Origin: Vulcanimicrobiales bacterium
Lineage (GTDB): Bacteria; Vulcanimicrobiota; Vulcanimicrobiia; Vulcanimicrobiales; Vulcanimicrobiaceae
Assembly: GCA_038231455.1 (NCBI GenBank)
Contig: JBBRLI010000037.1
Coordinates: 1-17,958, forward strand
Direction: 5' to 3'
Length of the DNA: 17,958 nucleotides
Every line of letters begins with the position of its first letter. The stretch's first letter is position 1. Of this stretch, positions 7,788-16,207 are shown one piece after another. A program made the position numbers and the translations under genes. The notes below the pieces were generated by a model. It worked only from the letters and a program-made list of their open reading frames with translations, was not told the DNA's origin and made no database searches.

Positions 7788-8471
7788 TTAGAACAATGCG
7801 TGGATCGCCGCGCGGCGCGAGGCCGATAGCTTTTCTTTCTGCAGAATGGCATCTAACGCTGCCACGTCTCCATCGCCATCTCGATGAAGGATTCGCAAGC
7901 TCACCTGCAGCTGAGTTGTTATTTGACCATCTACATATGCAAAGTTACGCTGAACGTTGATCCTTTGATTTCTTTCATCGTTTGCCTTGAGATCAGCGAT
8001 GTACTTTTCCCGAATTGTTTTGTCCTCATAAAAGCTCGGGTCGATGCACGAGAACCCTCGCTGACCGTTTGCGTCCACGGGAGTAGGCGGGCATAAATAA
8101 ACGATATAATCCGGATTCTTTGGCACCAAAAAAGCCGGGTCGCGAAGCATCTCCATCTGGGTAAGAATCTGAGCGTATCCAGACACGATCTTGCGGCGAA
8201 ATAGGATAACGGTTGACAGCGGCGGCGCCTCAACATTCACCGAGCGAACCGTTCCGAATAGTGCTCGAGCACTATCCAATAAGTCGTTCACCGAATGAGA
8301 ACTTTGGAAGCGCTCCAAACCTTTCATCGCTTGAGTCACTTGGCTTTCATATTCGAGAGGCAACACCGAATCCGCGGCGTCGACACACTGGCTCGGCGTC
8401 ACCAATACGATAACAGCAACAAACCAACTAAGGGCCGCGGCTTGGAAATACGCGGCGAATGTAGTTCGAAT
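7788..8471 (-). CDS. Hypothetical secreted helical protein, probable ATT start at 8471
   Basis: GGAGG 6 nt upstream of an ATT that overlaps the upstream TAA (TAATT), followed by a signal-like segment. The track start at 8546 would overlap another gene. Contains a DP...CPP...CIDP...REKY...L.AN pattern. Confidence 0.7.
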   Translation of the reverse strand: MRTTFAAYFQAAALSWFVAVIVLVTPSQCVDAADSVLPLEYESQVTQAMKGLERFQSSHSVNDLLDSARALFGTVRSVNVEAPPLSTVILFRRKIVSGYAQILTQMEMLRDPAFLVPKNPDYIVYLCPPTPVDANGQRGFSCIDPSFYEDKTIREKYIADLKANDERNQRINVQRNFAYVDGQITTQLQVSLRILHRDGDGDVAALDAILQKEKLSASRRAAIHALF

Positions 8472-8754
8472 TAGATGCCTCCGAGTCGGAAGCGCTTCCA
8501 GGTCGCCCACACAAGAAGTAAAACACCGAAGGTCGCACAGGTGCAAAACCAGACGAGATCTCCATTCTCAATTTTCGTCAAGCGCGCGACAACGGCGCCC
8601 AGCAGTGCGACGATAACAAGGAAGTTAAAAAATACTAAGAGTCTCGGCAACGCTGTGATTTCGGGAACATCCTTTGAACGGCAAAATTTCCGAGAAAACT
8701 TCCCGCAATCAAAAGTTCGGAGATGTCTCGCCCGGAAAAATGCAGAAAGTTCAT
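8471..8754 (-). pseudogene. Small membrane protein gene, apparently frameshifted near 8651-8665 (alternatively an intact 59-aa TTG-started ORF at 8471-8650)
   Basis: ATG 8754 (GGTGGA upstream) gives MNFLHFSGRDISELLIAGSFLGNFAVQRMFPKSQ. Another frame continues LPRLLVFFNFLVIVALLGAVVARLTKIENGDLVWFCTCATFGVLLLVWATWKRFRLGGI*. The span is 284 nt, one short of a multiple of 3. Confidence 0.55.
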
Positions 8755-8781
8755 CGGTCCACCAAACGTCGGCAACTACTC

Positions 8782-8810
8782 ATGATACCAATCGACCATC
8801 CGACGGTAAA
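8782..8810 (-). promoter_or_regulatory. Candidate sigma70 promoter TTTACC-N17-TATCAT with extended -10 TGn
   Basis: Minus strand TTTACC GTCGGATGGTCGATTGG TATCAT, 27 nt upstream of ATG 8754. Confidence 0.5.
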
Positions 8811-8873
8811 TGCCTTGCCGGGCGCCAGCTCAAGTCACCGCGACTATCGCATTATCGGAGGATTCGGCGCGAA

Positions 8874-9050
8874 CTAAAGGGGGATCTTCGCCGAGTTCTC
8901 TGAGGGCCAGACGTGGTTGGCGTTAGCGGCGTAGATGACCAAGCCGACGATGACGAAGATCAGGAAGATACCGATGATGAATGCGTAGCGCACGATCGGC
9001 GGGATGCCGCCGGAGACCGGGACGCCGCGTGAATCTTTAATGTCATACAT
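8874..9050 (-). CDS. Unannotated 58-aa single-TM protein at the end of the cox operon
   Basis: Hand translation: MYDIKDSRGVPVSGGIPPIVRYAFIIGIFLIFVIVGLVIYAANANHVWPSENSAKIPL*. Starts 6 bp after the previous stop, with host-like GC3 codons and GGAAAGG upstream. Confidence 0.8.
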   Translation of the reverse strand: MYDIKDSRGVPVSGGIPPIVRYAFIIGIFLIFVIVGLVIYAANANHVWPSENSAKIPL

Positions 9051-9056
9051 GGCGCG

Positions 9057-9257
9057 TTAGCCTTTCCCGATGACGTTGGTTGCCGCGAGCACGACGAGCA
9101 CGCACCCGAAGGCCATCAGACCGAGCAATATCTTGGTGAAATTGTTATCGAGGCCAGTAGTCTTCCAATCGGCCTTGAGTGCGAGCAGCGCGAGCACACC
9201 AACAAGCAGTGCTCCGACAAGAGCGATAACTTTTTCGACGCCAGCAATAATTTCCAT
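9057..9257 (-). CDS. 66-aa two-TM membrane protein (candidate oxidase subunit IV-like)
   Basis: Two hydrophobic helices separated by KADWKTTGLDNNFTK; 16 bp after the ctaE stop. Confidence 0.8.
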   Translation of the reverse strand: MEIIAGVEKVIALVGALLVGVLALLALKADWKTTGLDNNFTKILLGLMAFGCVLVVLAATNVIGKG

Positions 9258-9273
9258 AATACGCGCTGCTCTC

Positions 9274-9909
9274 TTAAAAGATATAGAACAGGTAGAACAA
9301 CGCTACCCAGATGACGTCGACGAAATGCCAGTACAGCGTTCCGGCGGTTAAGCCGAAGTGGTGCGTCTCATCGTAGACGCCTTTTTTCGTTTGCCACCAC
9401 AGTATCGCAAGAAACACCACGCCGACAAAAACGTGGAAGCCGTGCATGCCGGTGAGCGTGAAGAACGATGCACCGAAGATCGAACCGCTCCAGCCGCCGA
9501 TTTGCGCGTGGGCGTATTCGTAGGCTTGGCCGCCGAGGAAGGCCGTGCCGAGTACGATCGTCGAGAGCATCCAGAAATCGAAGTCGCCGCGTTTGCCGTG
9601 CTTCCAATTTTCGAGCGCGTAATGCATCGTGACGCCCGAGCCGAACAGCACGATCGAGTTGACCGCCGCAAACGCGACGTCAAGACGCGGCAGCTGTTTG
9701 CCATCCATCATGGGCGGCCATGCGGGTACCGTTCCGCGCAAATACAGATATGCGAAGATGAACGCCGAAAATAGCACGACGTCGGACATAAGGAAGAGGA
9801 CGAACCCCAAGAGACGCATGTCGCGCGTCTCTTGGTAGATCACCTCATTCTCGACAAAACCGCCGCTCGGACCGTGCCCGTGGGCGTCGCCGTGAATTAC
9901 TGCTGCCAC
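9274..9909 (-). CDS. ctaE: Cytochrome c oxidase subunit III (short form)
   Basis: LGFVLFLMSDVVLF, FFTLTGMHGFHV and LYWHFVDVIW motifs; AGGAG Shine-Dalgarno before GTG. Confidence 0.96.
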   Translation of the reverse strand: MAAVIHGDAHGHGPSGGFVENEVIYQETRDMRLLGFVLFLMSDVVLFSAFIFAYLYLRGTVPAWPPMMDGKQLPRLDVAFAAVNSIVLFGSGVTMHYALENWKHGKRGDFDFWMLSTIVLGTAFLGGQAYEYAHAQIGGWSGSIFGASFFTLTGMHGFHVFVGVVFLAILWWQTKKGVYDETHHFGLTAGTLYWHFVDVIWVALFYLFYIF

Positions 9910-9917
9910 GAAATCTC

Positions 9918-11615
9918 CTAGTGCGCTGCGGCCGGTTCGCCGGTTTGCGCGGGGGTCGCGGCTTCCGCCTGCGGGTTATCGAGTCCGAGATACGGGAGCG
10001 GATTGCCGAAATCGTACGGCAGTGCGAGCACCGCGGGGACTTTCTTGAAGTTGTAGTACGGCGGCGGCGAGCTGATCATCCACTCGAGCGTACGAGCGCC
10101 CCAGGGATTGGGCCCGGCCTTTTTGCCGCGCGCGAGCGAGTTTGCCATGTTGTAGAACAAGAGCAGCGTGCTTGCGGCAAGTACGAACGAACTGACCGAT
10201 GCGAACTGATTCCAGAACGTGAATTGCGGATCGTACACGGACACGCGACGCGGCATGCCGAGCAGTCCGAGCCAGTGCATCGGCAAGAACGTCGCATTGA
10301 ACGAGATGAACGCTGCCCAGAAGTGCCACTTGCCGAGCGTCTCGTTCATCATGCGTCCGGTGATTTTCGGCCACCAGTAATAGAGACCGGCGAAAATTCC
10401 GAACACCGAACCGCCGAAGAGCACGTAGTGGAAGTGCGCGACGATAAAATACGTGCCGTGCGCGTGTAAGTCGACCGGAACCGCGGCGAGATACACGCCG
10501 GTAATGCCGCCGAGCGTGAACGTGATGATGAAGCCGACCGCAAAGAGCATCGCGGCCGAGAAGTGGATCGATCCACCCCACAGCGTTGCGACCCAGCCGA
10601 AGATCTTCACGCCCGTCGGAATCGCGACGATCATCGTGAGGATCATGAAGGGCAGTTGGAGCCACGGCACCATGCCCGAGGTGAACATGTGGTGCGCCCA
10701 CACCATGAAGCCGAGCAGTGCGATCGCAACGGACGAAAACGCGATCATCTTGTAGCCGAAGATCGGCTTACGCGCGAAGGTCGGCAGCACTTCGGAGATG
10801 ATTCCGAAAGCCGGCAGAATCATGATGTACACGGCCGGATGCGAATAGAACCAGAACATGTGCTGCCAGAGTAGCGGCGAGCCACCTTTGGCCGGGTCGT
10901 AGAACGGCACGCCGAATTGGCGTTCGATGAAGAGCGCGGCGAGGGCGCCGGCAAGCGCGGTCGTTGCGACCATCGAGAGCGCGGCGGTTGCGATCTGCGC
11001 CCACACGAAGAGCGGCATGCGCGTGAACGTCATGCCCGGTGCGCGCATTTTCAGAATCGTGACTAAGAAGTTGATACCGGTGAGCGTGGAGCTAATACCG
11101 ATCAAGAAGATCGCCGCACACCACATCGATGTTCCCGGCGGTCCGAGCAGCGAGATCGGCGGATATTCCGTCCAACCCGCATCGGGCGCGCCGATCAAGA
11201 ACGAGCCGAAGAGTAACAGTCCCGCAGGCGGGAACATCCAGAAACTCGCCATGTTCAGCCACGGGAACGCAACGTCGCGCGCCCCGATTTGCAGCGGCAT
11301 CACGAAGTTGCCGAAGCCACCGGTCACGAGCGGAATGATGACCAGCCACACCATCGCGGAGCCGTGCATCGAGTACACCTGATTGTACTGTTCGCCGCCG
11401 AGGAAGCGACCATCGGGATGCAAGAGCTGGACGCGAATGACTTCGGCGAGCAGACCCGCGATCACAAAGAAGATCAGTCCGACGATCATGTACTGCACGC
11501 CGATGACCTTGTGATCGATCGAGAAGATGTACTTCCGAACGAACGATTCGGGCTCGGGGTGGATGTGATCGAGGACCGCGTGCGGGGCGGTAGTTCTGGG
11601 TGTCGCGACTGCCAT
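9918..11615 (-). CDS. ctaD: Cytochrome c oxidase subunit I, type A2
   Basis: DHKVIG, MHG, RDVAFPWLN, WFYSHPAVY (YS motif defines A2), WAHHMF, AHFHYV and GMPRR. Confidence 0.98.
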   Translation of the reverse strand: MAVATPRTTAPHAVLDHIHPEPESFVRKYIFSIDHKVIGVQYMIVGLIFFVIAGLLAEVIRVQLLHPDGRFLGGEQYNQVYSMHGSAMVWLVIIPLVTGGFGNFVMPLQIGARDVAFPWLNMASFWMFPPAGLLLFGSFLIGAPDAGWTEYPPISLLGPPGTSMWCAAIFLIGISSTLTGINFLVTILKMRAPGMTFTRMPLFVWAQIATAALSMVATTALAGALAALFIERQFGVPFYDPAKGGSPLLWQHMFWFYSHPAVYIMILPAFGIISEVLPTFARKPIFGYKMIAFSSVAIALLGFMVWAHHMFTSGMVPWLQLPFMILTMIVAIPTGVKIFGWVATLWGGSIHFSAAMLFAVGFIITFTLGGITGVYLAAVPVDLHAHGTYFIVAHFHYVLFGGSVFGIFAGLYYWWPKITGRMMNETLGKWHFWAAFISFNATFLPMHWLGLLGMPRRVSVYDPQFTFWNQFASVSSFVLAASTLLLFYNMANSLARGKKAGPNPWGARTLEWMISSPPPYYNFKKVPAVLALPYDFGNPLPYLGLDNPQAEAATPAQTGEPAAAH

Positions 11616-11629
11616 GCGGTTGCGCTCCG

Positions 11630-12721
11630 TTATTTCGAGAGACTGACGAGGTATGCCGTCAGGTTGGCGATGTCTTCATTCGAGATCGCGTTGGCTTGCG
11701 CGCTCGGCATGACGGCGACATGTCCGTTGAGTTGGCCCTGGTAACCATTGTGAAGGATGTAGGCGATGTTTTCCGGCGTTACGTCTTTGCCGTCGACCAG
11801 TTGCTTGTGCGCGGGGTCGTTAAAGAGATGACCGAGACCCGGGCCGACGATGATCTGGTCGTACGGACCGACCGAGTGGCACGTCGAGCACTTTTGGCCG
11901 AAAAGCACTTGGCCCTTATCTTTTTGACCGGTCGTGAGGGCGACGGTCGCGCCGCCGCCGCCGCTCGCGGCAAGGTTCGCCTGTTTGGAAAACCACTTGC
12001 CGAAATCTTGTTGCGAATCGACGTACAGCTTCGCGATCATCTTGCCGTGCGAGCTGCCGCAGTATTCGGTGCAGATGATGCGATACTGACCGATGGTCGT
12101 CGGGGTGAAGCGCAGCGTGTTGACCAGGCCCGGCACCATGTCGGCTTTGACGCGGACTTCGGGGACCCAGAAGCCGTGCAGCACATCGGTCGCGGTCACA
12201 TGCAGCGTGATCGGTGTGTTGACGGGGATGTGCATCTCATCGCGGACGCTCGCTTTGAGTTTGGGGTAGCGGAACTCGAAATAAAACTGATGGCCGACCG
12301 CTTCCATCGTGAGCACGTCGCCCTGCGTTTGCTGCAGTCCGCGCCAGATCACGACCGAGAAGATCGCGAGCGCAACGATGAGCAGAGTCGGGATCAGCGT
12401 CCACCAGAACTCGAGCTGCGGCTGGTCGTGAATCTGCACGCCGATGGCGTTCGCCGGCGCGTTCTTGGGACGGCGGAATGCGATGGAGAAATAGACGACA
12501 TACCCGACGACATAAATGAAGATCGCATTCCCAACGACGGTGAGGAACTTGAAGAGGTCGTCGATTTGGTTTGCCGGGACCGCCGCTTCGCGCAGAAAAT
12601 TCGAGATCGGCGTGACGATGACGTAGTAGTCGCTGACGATCGCGAGGACCGCGAGGAAAATCGTGACCGGCCAGAAGCCCGGTCCGAGATTCGTCTTCGG
12701 CTTATTAACGAGTTGAGCCAC
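11630..12721 (-). CDS. ctaC: Cytochrome c oxidase subunit II with fused C-terminal cytochrome c (caa3-type)
   Basis: LEFWWTLIP, CuA ligands DVLHGFW and CTEYCGSSHGKM, heme c motif CSTCH with distal MP; AGGAG Shine-Dalgarno before GTG. Confidence 0.97.
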   Translation of the reverse strand: MAQLVNKPKTNLGPGFWPVTIFLAVLAIVSDYYVIVTPISNFLREAAVPANQIDDLFKFLTVVGNAIFIYVVGYVVYFSIAFRRPKNAPANAIGVQIHDQPQLEFWWTLIPTLLIVALAIFSVVIWRGLQQTQGDVLTMEAVGHQFYFEFRYPKLKASVRDEMHIPVNTPITLHVTATDVLHGFWVPEVRVKADMVPGLVNTLRFTPTTIGQYRIICTEYCGSSHGKMIAKLYVDSQQDFGKWFSKQANLAASGGGGATVALTTGQKDKGQVLFGQKCSTCHSVGPYDQIIVGPGLGHLFNDPAHKQLVDGKDVTPENIAYILHNGYQGQLNGHVAVMPSAQANAISNEDIANLTAYLVSLSK

Positions 12722-12844
12722 GCACTTCTCCTAGATGGTGACCGCAGCACGCGGCCCATCGCATCGTATCGTTGGACGACTCCATCGCGGAAGCCCACCC
12801 AGGCTCGTCACCCCCGTGGCAGACGACCCTCCCCCATGGGTCAC

Positions 12845-12874
12845 ATTCTACAGTACGCAAATGGACATCGCCAA
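12845..12874 (-). promoter_or_regulatory. Candidate sigma70 promoter of the cox operon, TTGGCG-N18-TAGAAT
   Basis: Located in the 166-bp nanE-ctaC intergenic region, about 120 nt upstream of the ctaC start. Confidence 0.5.
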
Positions 12875-12887
12875 GCATCGACCTAAG

Positions 12888-13565
12888 TCAGCCCGAGAGC
12901 GGTGTCGCTTGAAAAAAGCTCCGAACGAGGGCGTCGACGTTGGTGATCGCCGTGCCAACGACGATTGCGTCGGCTCCCGAGGCAAATGCCGCGCGCGCGG
13001 CTTCAGGCGTCCCGATCCCGCCCTCGGCGATCGCGAAGCGGCCGAGGGTCGCAATCGTTTCGATCACGTCTAGCGCCGGCAAGGCGCGGCCTTGGGTCGC
13101 GGTGGTGTAGCCGGCCAAGGTCGATGCAACGATCGGGGCTCCCGCGGCCGCGGCGGCGCGCGCGTCGTCGGCATCGGCGCAGTCGGCCATCGCAATCACG
13201 CCAGCCCGCACGCAAGCGCCGACTAACCCATCGACGGTCGCTCCACCGGGGTGCGGCCGACGTGTCGCATCGAAGGCGACGATCGAACTACCCGCCGCGG
13301 CCACTGCAGCCACGTCGTCGTCGGTTGCGGTAATGTACGGTTCGAAGCCGGGCGTTTCGCGTTTGAGAATTCCGACGATCGGGACGTCGACGGCTGCGCG
13401 GACGGCCCGAATCCGCTCGAGACCCTCGATCCGCACGGCCACCGCGCCGTTTTGAACAGCGCAACGGGCGAGCAGCGCGATCGCCTCGGGTGTGTTGAGG
13501 ACGGAGTCCGTCCAGGCTTGAACCGAGACGATCAGCCCGCCGCGTAGAGCCTCCGGGAGCGTCAT
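12888..13565 (-). CDS. nanE: N-acetylmannosamine-6-phosphate 2-epimerase-like protein
   Basis: GGLIVSVQA, GAVAVRIEG, VPIVGILKR, YITAT, AFDATRRPHP, STLAGYT, IAEGGI and VVGTAIT; ATG overlaps the upstream stop (ATGA). Confidence 0.9.
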   Translation of the reverse strand: MTLPEALRGGLIVSVQAWTDSVLNTPEAIALLARCAVQNGAVAVRIEGLERIRAVRAAVDVPIVGILKRETPGFEPYITATDDDVAAVAAAGSSIVAFDATRRPHPGGATVDGLVGACVRAGVIAMADCADADDARAAAAAGAPIVASTLAGYTTATQGRALPALDVIETIATLGRFAIAEGGIGTPEAARAAFASGADAIVVGTAITNVDALVRSFFQATPLSG

Positions 13566-14494
13566 GCCTCGCGAACGTCGCCGGGGACGAGAAGGCGAGC
13601 ATCGGCGAATGCAAGCAGCGCCGCACCGATGACCGGTTGATAGCGCGGGTCGGTCGCACGGGCCCGCGTGCTTACCGCCGCGAGAGCACGGTCGGCGGCG
13701 GCGCGCAAGGCTGCGCTTGCAAACGATCCGCCGACCCACGCTACGGGGTATTCCGGTCCAAAGTCGAGCCGCTCGCCGATCCCCGCTGCACAAGCGGCGA
13801 TTGCCGCGGCCGCCGACTCGGTGACTTCGATCGACTCCGGCTCGCCGAGACGCGCGCCGTCGGCAACGACGCGCCCGAAGCTCGCGAGCGTCGAGCGGTC
13901 GATCTCGCGCACGTAGAACGCGTCGGCAAGTTCGCGTAGCGATTCCTTATTAAAGAAGGCCAAGGCGGCCTCGCCTAATTGGCTTGTCACGCCGCGGTCG
14001 GCGTCGATCATCGCGCGCTGGAGCGCCTCGCGGGCGATGGCAAAGCTGCTGCCCGCATCGCCGAAAAGATACCCCCAGCCGCCGACCCGCACCGTTTGGT
14101 TGCCAGCGTCGCGGCCATAGCCGACGGAGCCCGTGCCGGAAATGACGATCACACCCGGACCGCCCGCAAACGCGCCCGCATGCGCGATGACCGAATCATG
14201 CACGAATCGCAGATTTTTCGTCGGCAACCGCGGCCGCGCTCCGCGAATCGTGCCTTCGTAGCCGCTCAGCCCAACGACGACGGCATTGAGCGGTGCGCGC
14301 GCATCGAGATGCGCGGCTGTAAGCGCTTGGGCGACCGCTCCTTCGCACGCGACGGCAAGCCGGCGCGAGTCGGCGGGTTCGTCGATGTGATCGGCGGGAC
14401 CGGCATCACCCCGACCGAGCACGCGCCCGAGTTCATCGACTACAACGGCGTGTGTCGAGGATTGACCCGCATCGATCCCCGCGACAAGATTCAT
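13562..14494 (-). CDS. BadF/BadG/BcrA/BcrD-family sugar kinase (N-acetylglucosamine kinase-like)
   Basis: AGIDAGQSST, VHDSVIAHAGA, VIVISGTGS, RVGGWGYLFGDAGS and WVGG; ATGA overlap with the upstream gene. Confidence 0.92.
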   Translation of the reverse strand: MNLVAGIDAGQSSTHAVVVDELGRVLGRGDAGPADHIDEPADSRRLAVACEGAVAQALTAAHLDARAPLNAVVVGLSGYEGTIRGARPRLPTKNLRFVHDSVIAHAGAFAGGPGVIVISGTGSVGYGRDAGNQTVRVGGWGYLFGDAGSSFAIAREALQRAMIDADRGVTSQLGEAALAFFNKESLRELADAFYVREIDRSTLASFGRVVADGARLGEPESIEVTESAAAAIAACAAGIGERLDFGPEYPVAWVGGSFASAALRAAADRALAAVSTRARATDPRYQPVIGAALLAFADARLLVPGDVREA

Positions 14495-14850
14495 GAACGG
14501 GATCTGCCGATGAACGATGCAACCTTCGGATCGAGCGCAACGTGCGCGCGGGCGAAGGCATCTGCTGCCGCTTCGCGTGCTTCGTGCGTCGGCAGACGCT
14601 CGACTTCGCCGATGTGTTCCTGGTGGTGGTAAAGTTCGTGCGCGATCGCAACGTCGATGAGCGTCCGCACTTCGCACGACGATGCTTCACCGAGCGTCGC
14701 GTGCAGCCGTTCGATCGCGCGCTCGTTAATGCGGATGACCGGTCCCTCGGGGTCGTATTCCGAGACGAGCATCGTCAGTCCCCAATCACCCAGATCGTCC
14801 ATTTCGATGCGAATACCGTAGGTGCTCGCAAGCGTCCGCGGATCAGACAT
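14491..14850 (-). CDS. Small HExxH putative metalloprotein (ImmA/IrrE-like zincin fold)
   Basis: IRIN, AIAHELYHH and E..ADAFA motifs; overlaps both neighbours (8 bp and 4 bp). Confidence 0.8.
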   Translation of the reverse strand: MSDPRTLASTYGIRIEMDDLGDWGLTMLVSEYDPEGPVIRINERAIERLHATLGEASSCEVRTLIDVAIAHELYHHQEHIGEVERLPTHEAREAAADAFARAHVALDPKVASFIGRSRS

Positions 14851-16207
14851 GAGCGAGCGCCGGGCGGCGCAGGTCGACGCCGTCGGCGATCAGGCGTTCG
14901 CGCAGCTTGGCAATCGAAAGATCGCGCATCGTCACACGCGATTTGATCGAAAGCGCAGCTGCCGTTCCGGCGGCCTGTCCGAGTGTCATCACCGTGGGAG
15001 TTAAGCGCGTCGATGCCAACGCCTCGTGCGTCGTCGAGATACAACGTCCCGCGACGAGTAAACCATCGACGGTTTTCGGCACCAGCGTGCGATACGGAAT
15101 CTCGTAGCTCGAACCCGGCGGCAGGCGGTGCGTGGTCGTTCCACTGCCCGAGGGATTGTGGATGTCGATCGGATAGGCACTGCGCGCGATGGCGTCATCG
15201 AACGTCCGCGCTTGCATGAGATCGTCGGCCGTGAGCGTGTAAACGCCGACGATGCGCCGCGATTCACGAATTCCGATTTGCGTTGCCGTCGCAATGCGCG
15301 CGTTTGCAAAACCCGGGACGTCGCTGCGGAAAAACGCAAGCAACTCCATTGCTTGGCCGCGCGCTTCCACTTCGGCCCGGGTGAGGTCGTCCGGATCGAG
15401 CGGATCGATATCGAGCACGCGCGTCATATTCACCGTCACTTCATCCGGATAAGGCGAGATGAAGAACGAAACGAGTTCGCGCGGTACGTTCACGGTACCG
15501 CGCGCGCGTGCGCTCTCCCAAATTTCATAGAGCCCGGCAACGGCTGAGAGCGATTTTGCATCGCGCTGGTGCGCTTTGAGCGACGTACGCATTTGATCGG
15601 GGCGCGTGCGCACGTAGGCCGAGAGTTGCGCGAGATCGACGTGACTGAGGCGAAACATGAGACTCGCCGGCTGCACGCGTCCACGCGCATCGCCCTGCTG
15701 CAACTCAACACCGGCGCTCGCCGCAACGTACGCATCGGCGGTTGCATCGATGATTCGGCGCGCGGCATAGTGACGCGTGCCGCCGACCGTTGCGAACGAC
15801 GCGCCGATCACGGTCCCCCGTTCGTCGCGGTGCGCTTCGAGAAAATACGCGTGCAAGAGCAGTTCGACGCCCGATTCTCGCATGAGCGTGAAGAGCAGCG
15901 CCTTGTGAATCTCAGGGTCGAACGGCGTGATGGTCGGCACGTAGTCCGACGAGTCGCTGATGTGGCCCGGCGACCCGCCGAGCGCGACCAGGCGCTCGAC
16001 GATTTCCTGAGCGATGCCCCCCACGATCCGCTCGCCACCGGCGTGGAAGGTCATCCATGGCCCGACCATTGCGGCGGTCGCCGTTCCGCCGAGAAAGCCG
16101 TAGCGCTCCACGAGTAGCGTACGCGCCCCCGTGCGCGCTGCCGCGAGCGCAGCCGCGCAGCCGGCGTTTCCGCCGCCGATCACTAGGACATCGTACGTTT
16201 TTGGCAT
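14843..16207 (-). CDS. FAD-dependent oxidoreductase (FAD_oxidored/PF12831-like)
   Basis: YDVLVIGGGNAG Rossmann motif, LVERYGFLGG, IDATADA, GIRESRRIVG, YPIDIH, YEIPYRTLVP, LLVAGRCIS and GQAAGTAAAL. Start is ATG 16207 or GTG 16210. Confidence 0.93.
   Translation of the reverse strand: MPKTYDVLVIGGGNAGCAAALAAARTGARTLLVERYGFLGGTATAAMVGPWMTFHAGGERIVGGIAQEIVERLVALGGSPGHISDSSDYVPTITPFDPEIHKALLFTLMRESGVELLLHAYFLEAHRDERGTVIGASFATVGGTRHYAARRIIDATADAYVAASAGVELQQGDARGRVQPASLMFRLSHVDLAQLSAYVRTRPDQMRTSLKAHQRDAKSLSAVAGLYEIWESARARGTVNVPRELVSFFISPYPDEVTVNMTRVLDIDPLDPDDLTRAEVEARGQAMELLAFFRSDVPGFANARIATATQIGIRESRRIVGVYTLTADDLMQARTFDDAIARSAYPIDIHNPSGSGTTTHRLPPGSSYEIPYRTLVPKTVDGLLVAGRCISTTHEALASTRLTPTVMTLGQAAGTAAALSIKSRVTMRDLSIAKLRERLIADGVDLRRPALAHV

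Noticed and set aside
8475-8903. 142-aa plus-strand ORF
   Set aside because: No motif or clear Shine-Dalgarno; the minus strand has a promoter, Shine-Dalgarno sites and coherent hydrophobic ORFs.
11600-12886. 428-aa ORF listed over ctaC
   Set aside because: It fully overlaps the well-supported ctaC and has no recognisable motifs; shadow ORFs are common in high-GC DNA.
13566-14677. Extended N-termini of nanE (13793) and the kinase (14677)
   Set aside because: They overlap upstream genes; the ATGA-coupled starts at 13565 and 14494 fit the family N-termini.
15275-15305. Possible single-codon deletion in the FAD oxidoreductase (NARIATATQ)
   Set aside because: It is in frame and cannot be distinguished from normal variation without an alignment.
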